DNA from: a virus
Lineage: Duplodnaviria > Caudoviricetes
DNA: 64,000 bases
Strand: one strand, 5' to 3'
Virus record (IMG/VR): IMGVR_UViG_3300046615_000401
Location: 1 to 64,000 of that record
Shown here: positions 1 to 8,112 of the stretch, one piece after another
Layout: each line of letters starts with the position of its first letter
Position numbering within the stretch: position 1 is the first letter of the stretch
Position numbers and translations under genes: made by a program
Notes under the pieces: generated by a model
Told to the model about the DNA's origin: nothing
The model's database searches: none
The model's input: only the letters and a program-made list of their open reading frames with translations

Positions 1-417
1 ATCCATGACATGGACAGTGCTACGCTACACACCATCCCACACCATGCGCGGAGCGCCCATCATGCAGACATAGCAAGGTGGGGTGGGTAGGGCTAAGAAT
101 TCTTTTTCGTAAGCATAGGGGGGGGGGGTGTATTCGGTTTTTGGGTTGGACACCTCAGTACTGCGTGCATACCCCCTTTATGTGATTTCTAAAAAGTTGG
201 GGTTGCTTTTTCCACAATCCTGATCCCCATCTGCGTGCATCCCCACATGATGTGTGTTTTTAAAACTTTTCGTTTCCAAAATTATAATTTTTACCCTAAA
301 CCTGTGCACTACCACGTTGAGTTGTGCTCAGCCACACATTGTTTCCCTTCTACATCTTTCTTCTGTACAATCCCTGACTATATATGAGGCCAATGGTCTA
401 ACTACGGGGATTACGCC
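1..417. other. Non-coding genome-end / late control region upstream of the terminase genes
   Basis: No credible ORF. Contains a G11 run (118-128), A/T tracts, the repeat CTGCGTGCAT at 161 and 231, and TATAAT at 283-288. In N4-like maps the termini lie just beyond gp69. Confidence 0.55.
40..56 (-). promoter_or_regulatory. Candidate vRNAP hairpin promoter (template = + strand, leftward transcription)
   Basis: GCGC-GGA-GCGC at 46-56 has the GC-GGA-GC core of N4 early promoter hairpins; the predicted +1 template base is C40. The stem is only 4 bp. Confidence 0.35.
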
Positions 418-1116
418 ATGACTGCACTGACAGTAGAACAGTTCCGGGATGCTCTGCCGGCTAAGGTGAAGAAGAGTATCAATCAGGAGCTAATCGACCA
501 GATTAACCTGACATTGAGTGATCCGGGGATGTACGAGAGCTACCGCGAGAACTTGATGAGCTACACCAAGGTGATGGCCGATGGCAGGTTCAAGGTAGAG
601 AACTATGTCGAGGCGGTGAAGTATGTCAGCCACAAGCTGATGGGCTGCACCAACATTGAGGCGTACACCAAGACTTTCCCGGATAAGTATGCTGCCTTCG
701 TGGCTTCCGGTGTCACGGCCAAGGACATTGCTTCCTACGTGACTGCCTACAACAAAGGCAAGCTGGTTAATCTCATCTTCGAGCAGACGCTGATTCCCTC
801 GTATGTCTTGAACCAGGATCTGTATCAGCGCGCCTTGAATGTGCAGGCGGACCTGATGATGTCGGCCAAGAGCGAGAAGGTAAGGTCCGATGCGGCGGCC
901 CACCTACTGAATGCGCTGAAGATGCCGGAAACCACCAAGGTGGAACTGGAGATCAACCACAAGGAAGACTCGGCGATTAGCCAGCTGCGGGAAACCACCA
1001 TGGCACTGAGCCGCATGCAGCGGATGAATATTGAAGCCGGCGCTATGAATGCCCAGGAGGTTGGTCACAGCAAGCTAGTCATCGACATGGGTGAAGCCGA
1101 GGAAGTAAAACCATGA
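418..1116 (+). CDS. N4 gp69-like protein, putative terminase small subunit
   Basis: 232 aa ORF just upstream of the large terminase, the conserved position in N4-like phages; helical sequence. Confidence 0.7.
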   Translation: MTALTVEQFRDALPAKVKKSINQELIDQINLTLSDPGMYESYRENLMSYTKVMADGRFKVENYVEAVKYVSHKLMGCTNIEAYTKTFPDKYAAFVASGVTAKDIASYVTAYNKGKLVNLIFEQTLIPSYVLNQDLYQRALNVQADLMMSAKSEKVRSDAAAHLLNALKMPETTKVELEINHKEDSAISQLRETTMALSRMQRMNIEAGAMNAQEVGHSKLVIDMGEAEEVKP

Positions 1117-1283
1117 GAGCCAAGATCATCCATGTGCTGGTTGGGGTAGGCTTTGCTGCGTTGCCCGGTGTGTTACTGGGTGGCCTGTTTGCCCTTTCTG
1201 GCTTGCCGAAGGCGGGACTGGTGGCCGGCGCTATTGTGTTCCTGATTGGTTTGGACGTGCTGTTCCGTGGGACGGATGCATGA
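1113..1283 (+). CDS. Small membrane protein (56 aa, two hydrophobic segments), absent from the ORF track
   Basis: MRAKIIHVLVGVGFAALPGVLLGGLFALSGLPKAGLVAGAIVFLIGLDVLFRGTDA*; ATGA overlaps with both neighbouring genes. Confidence 0.65.
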   Translation: MRAKIIHVLVGVGFAALPGVLLGGLFALSGLPKAGLVAGAIVFLIGLDVLFRGTDA

Positions 1284-2932
1284 TCGCGGTAAGTAATTCT
1301 GCCGCGGCACTAGCCATGCATGAGCATGTGGCCACGGTGATCGAGAGTGCTGCCCCGTGGAAGGTGGAAGACTACCTGAACCACACCAACTACCGGGTAG
1401 ACGTCAACTATGTGCCCAGCCAGTTCGCACTGGACTTCATCAACTTCATCAAGCTGGTGAATGGCGCCCAGGGAGAGGAACACAAGACGCCGCTGGTGCA
1501 CTATCACATGCTGGACACGCTGACCAAGGGAGGTAACCGGGTCATCAACCTGTGCCATCGGGGGATTGCCAAGACCACCCTGATGGGCGAGTACCTGTTC
1601 CTGTACATCGCCTGCTTCGGTGATCTGCCTGGCTTGGGGCGAGTGGATCTTGCTTTGTACGTGTCCGACTCCATCGAGAATGGTGTCAAGAACATGAGGA
1701 AGAATCTGGAGTTCCGCTGGGAGAACTCGGACTTCCTGAAGCAGTATGTACCGATCGCCCATTTCACCGATATTCGCTGGGCCTTCAAGAATATCGACGG
1801 CAAGATGTTCGTGGTCAAAGGCTACGGCGCCAAGACGGGTGTGCGGGGTGCCAAGGAAATGGGTAAACGCCCCAATCTGGCGGTGCTGGATGACTTGATC
1901 AGCGATGAAGATGCACGCTCGGCCACTGTGATCTCGGCGGTGGAGGATACGGTGTACAAGGCGGTCAACTTCGCCCTGCACCCGACCAAGAACTTGATCA
2001 TCTGGAGTGGTACGCCGTTCAACGCCAAGGATCCGTTGTACAAGGCGGTGGAGTCCGGGGCATGGGCCGTCAACGTGTTCCCAGTGTGCGAGCAGTTCCC
2101 CTGCAGTGAAGAGGACTTCCGCGGCAGCTGGCCGGATCGCTTCCCATATTCCTACGTCAAGGAGCAGTACGACAAGCTGGTGAAGTTGGGCAAGGTGCAC
2201 ATGTTCAACCAGGAGTTGATGCTGCGCATTATGTCCGAGGAAGACCGGCTGATCGCGGATGCAGAGATCAAGTGGTACAAGCTCGAATCGATCCTGAAGA
2301 ACAAGAGCCGCTTCAACTTCTACATCACCACAGACTTCGCCACCAGTGAGCGGCAGGCGTCCGACTATTCGGCCATCTCGGTGTGGGCACACAACTCCAA
2401 TGGGGATTGGTTCTGGGTAGATGGGACGTGCAAGAAACAGGACATGGGTAAGAACCTGGATGACCTGTTCCGCCTGGCGCAGAAGTGGAAGCCACAGGGT
2501 GTGGGTATCGAGGTGTCCGGCCAGCAGGGTGGCTACATCCCGTGGATCCAGGAACGCATGTTGACCCTGAACATCTGGTTCACCCTGGTGTCGGAAGGGA
2601 ACCGCAACGAACCTGGCATCCGACCAACCACGCACAAGCTGGTGCGTTTTAATACTGTCGTGCCGTGGTTCAAGGCTGGCAAGATCTACCTGCCGTTCGA
2701 GCTGGAAAAGTCGGTGCCGATCCTGGAACTGGTCAATGAACTCTCGCTGGTTTCCGCGTCCGGGTTCCGTAGCAAGCACGATGACATGGCCGATACCGTG
2801 TCCATGCTGTCGCTGATGAAAGCCTGGCGTCCCTCGGAGGAAGCACCGATGGAGGAAACCAGTGGGGGTGGACTGTGGGAGATCGAAGGCACCACATCCG
2901 AACCCAGTCGCATGTCTTCTTATGTTGTATAA
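1280..2932 (+). CDS. terL: Terminase large subunit (N4 gp68-like)
   Basis: Walker A-like HRGIAKT, Walker B AVLDD, nuclease motifs TDFA and HDDMADTVS. The true start could be slightly downstream. Confidence 0.93.
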   Translation: MIAVSNSAAALAMHEHVATVIESAAPWKVEDYLNHTNYRVDVNYVPSQFALDFINFIKLVNGAQGEEHKTPLVHYHMLDTLTKGGNRVINLCHRGIAKTTLMGEYLFLYIACFGDLPGLGRVDLALYVSDSIENGVKNMRKNLEFRWENSDFLKQYVPIAHFTDIRWAFKNIDGKMFVVKGYGAKTGVRGAKEMGKRPNLAVLDDLISDEDARSATVISAVEDTVYKAVNFALHPTKNLIIWSGTPFNAKDPLYKAVESGAWAVNVFPVCEQFPCSEEDFRGSWPDRFPYSYVKEQYDKLVKLGKVHMFNQELMLRIMSEEDRLIADAEIKWYKLESILKNKSRFNFYITTDFATSERQASDYSAISVWAHNSNGDWFWVDGTCKKQDMGKNLDDLFRLAQKWKPQGVGIEVSGQQGGYIPWIQERMLTLNIWFTLVSEGNRNEPGIRPTTHKLVRFNTVVPWFKAGKIYLPFELEKSVPILELVNELSLVSASGFRSKHDDMADTVSMLSLMKAWRPSEEAPMEETSGGGLWEIEGTTSEPSRMSSYVV

Positions 2933-2941
2933 AGGATAAAT

Positions 2942-3661
2942 ATGATGAAACTTTCGCAGGTATTCGAGCAGCTGACCGTGGGTGAGCTGTCGCAGGTAAA
3001 GCTGGGGGGTGCCGAGGAGGGAGAGATCCAAGAATCCAAGTACCGGGCCGTGGCCAGCCATGTGCAGCTGGGCTTGACCACGCTGTACACCCGCTTCAAT
3101 CTGAAGCAGGGCCGGCTGACCTTGCAGATCATGCCGGACATGGACACCTACGCGCTGAACAGTAAGTATGCGGTCAATGGGAAGGCTACGACGGCGCCCT
3201 TGCGCTGGATCATTGACACGCCGGCCGTGCCATTCAAGGATGACCTGCTAAAGATCATCACCGTGCGCGCCGATGATGGTACCCGGCTGCCCTTGAACGA
3301 CTACCTGGATGGGGATTCGGTGTTCACACCGACCATGGACAGTCTGCGCTTACCATCCCACTTGGCTTCGGGTACGTTCCTGAAAGTGGAATACCAGGCC
3401 AATCACCCTAGTATCCTGCCGAAAGCGCCGTATCTGGACCCACGGGTGGTGAATATCGAGCTGCCCATGTCGCATTTGCAGGCGTTGCTATATTTCGTGG
3501 CGTCCCGTGTACACAATCCTATCGGCATGGGCCAGGAATTCAATGCCGGCAACAACTGGGCACAGCGCTTTGAGTCGGAATGCCAGCGGCTGGAGCAGGA
3601 AGGTATCGAAATCGATGATAGTGCCCAGGTGAACCGGGCCAAGCGGGGGGGTTGGGTGTAA
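2942..3661 (+). CDS. Virion head-completion/adaptor protein (N4 gp67-like)
   Basis: 239 aa, directly after terL; LLYFVASR...E..CQ.LE pattern seen in portal-adaptor proteins. Confidence 0.7.
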   Translation: MMKLSQVFEQLTVGELSQVKLGGAEEGEIQESKYRAVASHVQLGLTTLYTRFNLKQGRLTLQIMPDMDTYALNSKYAVNGKATTAPLRWIIDTPAVPFKDDLLKIITVRADDGTRLPLNDYLDGDSVFTPTMDSLRLPSHLASGTFLKVEYQANHPSILPKAPYLDPRVVNIELPMSHLQALLYFVASRVHNPIGMGQEFNAGNNWAQRFESECQRLEQEGIEIDDSAQVNRAKRGGWV

Positions 3662-3682
3662 GCAGGGTGTGTTGCAAAAGAG

Positions 3683-3708
3683 AAACAGCCCCAGAAGGGG
3701 CTGTTTTT
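3683..3708. terminator. Bidirectional intrinsic terminator
   Basis: AAACAGCCCC-AGAA-GGGGCTGTTT-TT between convergent genes. Confidence 0.85.
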
Positions 3709-3722
3709 GTATGGAAGAGGTC

Positions 3723-4145
3723 TTATTGACCGGTGGAACCGAACCCGCCAGTGTCGCGCAGGGTGGTAGTGAGCGTATGAACACGCTCAGGAGGGGAATC
3801 GAGCACCGGTACCAGCAGATATTGCAGTAGTCGGTCGCCGGCAGCCCAGGCAAAGCCAGGGAAATGCTTGACTTTGAGTGTGGCTACCCACTCACCCCGG
3901 TAATCAGAGTCGATTATACCGCAGGTGTTATTCAATTCCAGGCCATGCTTGGTGCCGACACCGGAACGCGGCAGGATGAAGGCTGCAAAACCTGGTGGAA
4001 CCTCGGCTGCAAAGCCCAGACCTACCTTAATGGCTTGGAATTCCCGTACACAACCGCCTTCAGGCATGTAGATGTCGTATCCACCGGCGCCGGACGAGGC
4101 TCGTGTGGGTAATTGGAAGTCTGGGTGGATCGCAAGGAACTTCAT
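3723..4145 (-). CDS. dut: dUTPase (trimeric type)
   Basis: Motifs AGGYDIY, PRSG, GIIDSDYRGE, GDRLLQ, RDTGGFGSTG. Start placed at MKFL (4145), behind an AAAGGA SD. Confidence 0.95.
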   Translation of the reverse strand: MKFLAIHPDFQLPTRASSGAGGYDIYMPEGGCVREFQAIKVGLGFAAEVPPGFAAFILPRSGVGTKHGLELNNTCGIIDSDYRGEWVATLKVKHFPGFAWAAGDRLLQYLLVPVLDSPPERVHTLTTTLRDTGGFGSTGQ

Positions 4146-4157
4146 CGCACGTATTCC

Positions 4158-4185
4158 TTTACAGAAATGATTAGTGTGGGATAAT
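4158..4185 (+). promoter_or_regulatory. Sigma70-like late promoter for the portal-capsid operon
   Basis: TTTACA-16 nt-GATAAT with a TG extended -10 (TGgGATAAT at 4177-4185). Confidence 0.5.
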
Positions 4186-4210
4186 TGGCCATCATTTCTA
4201 TGGGCCAATT

Positions 4211-6394
4211 ATGATTGATCACGCACAACTCGAAGAAGACACGGACAATGACGAAGTGGATGTTCGTGATCCTGGTACAGCCCCTACTGGCTTGACTAAG
4301 TGGGCTAATCCGCCGAAGTTACTGGACCTGAAGCAAGACTTTCAGGATGCCCGAATGGTTCATTCCCGTCAAGAAACAAAAATTAACGGGTGGCTGGACA
4401 ACTTAAACGTCACTGGCAAGGCTAAAGTAGAAGTACCAGCTGGTAATTCTTCGATTGTGCCGAAATTGATCCGCAAACAAGCGGAATGGCGCTATGCCGC
4501 ACTCTCTGAGCCCTATCTGAGCACAGATGACGTGTTCAAGGTGGAACCAGTCAGTTGGGAAGACCGGGAAGCAGCACAACAAAATAAACTGGTGCTTAAC
4601 AACCAGTTCAACACCAAAATTAACAAGGTCAGCTTCATCGACAAGCTGATCCGCACCTGTGTGAATGAAGGCACGGCCATTGTCCGGGTAGGTTGGGACT
4701 TCCAGGAAGAGACGTACCAAGCCACGGTACCCACAGTGCAGTATGTGGTTGACCCTAGCTTCAAGCCGACGATCCAGTACATCCTGCAGTTGAAGCAGGA
4801 ATCACCCAGCCAATACCAGACGGATGTACCAGATGAACTGAAGACCGCTGCTGAGATGTCGGTCGAACAGAATCAAGCCATCCGGCCTGTGGTTACCGGG
4901 CAAGAGCAGGTAACCAAGACCCGCACGATCAAAAATACGCCCACCGTGGAAGTGTGCGACTACCACAACATTGTCATCGATCCCACCTGCATGGGCGACA
5001 TCAAGAAGGCCGGTTTTTCCGTGTATTCCTTCGAGTCCTCGCTGTCCCAGCTGAAGAAGGATGGCAAGTACAAGAACCTGGACCAGATCAACGTGACCAA
5101 CAACGGTCCGTTGGGCCAGCCTGACCACAATGCCACCGAGGGATCGGCTGCCTTCCAGTACAGCGACCAGCCACGCAAGAAAATTGTCGTGCATGAGTAC
5201 TGGGGCTATTGGGACATCGACGGTACCGGCATGACCAAGCCGATTGTCGCCGCCTGGGTGGGTGACGTGATGATCCGCCTGGAGGAGAACCCCTATCCGG
5301 ACAAGTGCCTGCCCTTTGTGATCATCCCCTATCTGCCAGTCAAGGATTCCATCTACGGCGAGCCGGATGGCGTGCTGATCGAAGACAACCAGAAGATCTC
5401 TGGGGCGGTAACCCGCGGCATGATCGACATCATGGCCAAGTCTGCCAATGGCCAGACCGGCATGCGCAAAGACATGCTCGATGCTGTCAATAAAAAGAAG
5501 TGGCAGGAGGGCAAGGACTACGAGTTCAACGGCAACATCGATCCCCGTGTTGGTGTGCACATGCATACCTACCCAGAAATCCCTCAATCGGCCGGCATGA
5601 TGCTGCAATTGCAGAACATGGAAGCCGAATCGCTGACCGGAGTGAAATCCTTCAGTCAGGGTGTCTCTGGCAATGCTTTGGGTGACGTGGCAGCCGGTGT
5701 ACGTGGCGCCTTGGACGCGGCATCGAAACGTGAGCTGGGCATCCTGCGCCGCATCTCTGCCGGCATTGTGGAAATCGGCCACAAGTTCATCTCCATGAAC
5801 GCCGAATTCCTGGAACCGGAAGAAGTGGTCCGCGTCACCAATGAAGAGTTCATCAAGGTACGTCGGGATGACTTGCCGGGTAACTTCGACCTGAAGCTAG
5901 GTGTGTCTACCGCCGAAGAAGATGAGAAGAAAGCCCAGGAGCTGGCCTTCATGCTGCAAACCATGGGCAACAACATGGATCCGGAGATGACCCGCATGAT
6001 CCTGTCGGACATTGCTCGCCTCCGTAAGATGCCGGACCTGGCCAAAAAGATCGAGATGTATCAGCCCCAGCCTGATCCACTGGTGCAACAGAAGATGCAG
6101 CTAGAAATTGCGCTGCTCCAAGCACAAATAGCCACGGAACAGGCTAAAGCAGCTTCTCTGGGTGCTAGTGCTCAGTTGCACGCTGTTAAAGCCGGTACTG
6201 AGGTGGCTAAGCAGGATCATCTGAAGGCTGATACCGATCAGAAGAACCTAGACTTCGTAGAACAGGAGTCTGGTGTACATCAAGAGCGCGCACTTCAACA
6301 AACCGCTGAACAAGCTAAGTCACAAGGCCAATTAGCCATACTGCAGCATGCTTTAGACATTAAAGCTGCAAAAAGTGGTGCTCCAAGTAAATAA
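4211..6394 (+). CDS. Portal protein (N4 gp59-like)
   Basis: 727 aa; WANPPKLLDLKQD and IRKQAEWRYAALSEPYL motifs typical of N4-like portals; C-terminal coiled coil; upstream of the capsid genes. Confidence 0.92.
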   Translation: MIDHAQLEEDTDNDEVDVRDPGTAPTGLTKWANPPKLLDLKQDFQDARMVHSRQETKINGWLDNLNVTGKAKVEVPAGNSSIVPKLIRKQAEWRYAALSEPYLSTDDVFKVEPVSWEDREAAQQNKLVLNNQFNTKINKVSFIDKLIRTCVNEGTAIVRVGWDFQEETYQATVPTVQYVVDPSFKPTIQYILQLKQESPSQYQTDVPDELKTAAEMSVEQNQAIRPVVTGQEQVTKTRTIKNTPTVEVCDYHNIVIDPTCMGDIKKAGFSVYSFESSLSQLKKDGKYKNLDQINVTNNGPLGQPDHNATEGSAAFQYSDQPRKKIVVHEYWGYWDIDGTGMTKPIVAAWVGDVMIRLEENPYPDKCLPFVIIPYLPVKDSIYGEPDGVLIEDNQKISGAVTRGMIDIMAKSANGQTGMRKDMLDAVNKKKWQEGKDYEFNGNIDPRVGVHMHTYPEIPQSAGMMLQLQNMEAESLTGVKSFSQGVSGNALGDVAAGVRGALDAASKRELGILRRISAGIVEIGHKFISMNAEFLEPEEVVRVTNEEFIKVRRDDLPGNFDLKLGVSTAEEDEKKAQELAFMLQTMGNNMDPEMTRMILSDIARLRKMPDLAKKIEMYQPQPDPLVQQKMQLEIALLQAQIATEQAKAASLGASAQLHAVKAGTEVAKQDHLKADTDQKNLDFVEQESGVHQERALQQTAEQAKSQGQLAILQHALDIKAAKSGAPSK

Positions 6395-6412
6395 TTGCTG
6401 CACACAAACATT

Positions 6413-6446
6413 AATGTGGTTATGATGACGACGTTGTAACCACATT
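6413..6446 (+). promoter_or_regulatory. Intergenic stem-loop
   Basis: AATGTGGTTA/TAACCACATT 10-bp inverted repeat, extendable to 15 bp with G-U pairs around an ACGA loop. Confidence 0.5.
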
Positions 6447-6481
6447 CTATTAACTCTCTAAACAGCACTGGTAGAACACAA

Positions 6482-6826
6482 ATGGACAAGCAAGAACAGA
6501 TCAATTCGATTGAACGGGACGTTACCAATGCCCGTGTCGCTAAAGACCTGGGTGATGCCCTGGAACGCCTGAAAAACAACCGTGACTTCCGTGTTGTGGT
6601 GGCTACGTCCTACTTTAAGGACGAAGCCGTGCGCTTGGTACACCTGAAGGGTGATCCCAACATGCAGTCGGCGGATAAGCAAGCCAGCATCATTAAGCAG
6701 ATGGATGCCATCTCCTCGTTGAACCAGTTCTTCCTGGCCATTCAAATGGCTGCCGGCATGGCCGACAAGTCGATTGAAGAAGGTCAGGCCACCCTGGATG
6801 ATCTGCGTACCGAGGGGGCTGAATAA
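6482..6826 (+). CDS. Conserved head-region protein (N4 gp58-like)
   Basis: 114 aa helical ORF between the portal and gp57-like gene; stop overlaps the next start. Confidence 0.7.
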   Translation: MDKQEQINSIERDVTNARVAKDLGDALERLKNNRDFRVVVATSYFKDEAVRLVHLKGDPNMQSADKQASIIKQMDAISSLNQFFLAIQMAAGMADKSIEEGQATLDDLRTEGAE

Positions 6827-8097
6827 TGGCTGATCCAGTAAAAGATGAAGTGGTGGATGCTCCGGCGCCCGACTTCCTGAACATGTCCGACGAGGACGCA
6901 CAGAACTTCGATCCATCGAGCATGTCCATTGCTGCACCGGTCATCGACGACGAAGCCAAGACCCAGGAACAGCTGGATGCTGACGCTGAAGCCGCCAAGG
7001 CTGCTGCCCTGGAAGCAGATGAAGCAGCTAAGAATACCGACGGCAAAGGTGCTGGCGATGAAACCAAGACCGACGAAAAGGTCGATGTGGGCAGCGGTGC
7101 TGCAGCTGCGAAGAGTGGCGCAGACGAAACGCCTGCAACTCCAGAACAAGCCGCTGCCGCAGCAGCCAAAGCTGCAACCGACAAAGAAAAAGTAGGTGAC
7201 GACGGCAAAGCGAAGGCCGGCGACGAAGGAGCCAAGGCCGGGAGCGATGCCGACGGCGCCATCGATTACAAAGCCATGTATGAAAAGGTGATGGCGCCCT
7301 TCAAGGCCAATGGCCGTGAGATGCAAGCCAAGTCACCCGAAGATGCCCAGGCACTAATGCAGATGGGTGCCAACTACAACAAGAAGATGGCCGGCCTGAA
7401 GCCTGCCATGAAGTTCGTCAAGATGCTGGAAGCGAATGGCTTGCTCGATGAAGAGAAGCTGGGCTTCCTGATCGACGTGCACAAGCGCGATCCCAACGCG
7501 ATCAATAAATTAGTCGTTGACAGCAAGATGGATCCTCTGGATCTGTCGGCTGACAAGGCCAGCGAGTATAAGCCTGGCAACCACAAGGTAAACGAACAGG
7601 AACTGGAACTGGACGATGTAATTGCTGACCTGCGTGGCAGCGAACATTTCGACCGGACACTTGCTGTCGTGGCTTCCGAGTGGGATCCAAAGAGCAAAGG
7701 CGTGATCGCAGCTACGCCGCAAATACTGAAAGTGATTAACGGGCACATGGAGTCCGGCATCTACGATCTGATTGCGGCCGAGCTGGAAAGCGAACGCGCC
7801 TTTGGTCGTTTGAAGGGTTTGAGCGATCTCGACGCCTATAAGCAAGTCGGTGACGCCATTGAGGCACGCGGCGGGTTTAAACATCTGAATCTGGGTAGCT
7901 CCCAGGCTCAGGCGAAACCAGCGCCAGCGACACCTGTGGTGGTGCAACCGAAACTTAAACCGGCCGATGACGACGAACTGAAAAACAAGAAACGCGCCGC
8001 CAGCGGTAGTAAAGCTGCGGCACCCGGTACCAGTATTCCGGCTGACTTTAATCCATTTGCGATGTCAGACACCGACTTCGCCAAATTCCAACTTTAA
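6826..8097 (+). CDS. N4 gp57-like protein (often annotated tape measure; probable scaffold)
   Basis: Acidic Ala-rich disordered N-terminus, then APFKANG...QMGANY..KM; directly upstream of the major capsid gene. Confidence 0.8.
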   Translation: MADPVKDEVVDAPAPDFLNMSDEDAQNFDPSSMSIAAPVIDDEAKTQEQLDADAEAAKAAALEADEAAKNTDGKGAGDETKTDEKVDVGSGAAAAKSGADETPATPEQAAAAAAKAATDKEKVGDDGKAKAGDEGAKAGSDADGAIDYKAMYEKVMAPFKANGREMQAKSPEDAQALMQMGANYNKKMAGLKPAMKFVKMLEANGLLDEEKLGFLIDVHKRDPNAINKLVVDSKMDPLDLSADKASEYKPGNHKVNEQELELDDVIADLRGSEHFDRTLAVVASEWDPKSKGVIAATPQILKVINGHMESGIYDLIAAELESERAFGRLKGLSDLDAYKQVGDAIEARGGFKHLNLGSSQAQAKPAPATPVVVQPKLKPADDDELKNKKRAASGSKAAAPGTSIPADFNPFAMSDTDFAKFQL

Positions 8098-8112
8098 ATT
8101 GAAAGGCACCAA

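Noticed and set aside
1310-3061. Long antisense ORFs in the track (for example 1310-3061, 4802-5782, 8065-9546, 31860-33035, 49461-50687, 52120-53115)
   Set aside because: Shadow frames opposite real genes with strong GC3 bias; no recognisable motifs or SD sites.
6470-6481. 12-mer GGTAGAACACAA shared with the ssb leader (29958-29969, - strand)
   Set aside because: A single 12-nt match between intergenic regions is roughly expected by chance, and the two contexts differ.
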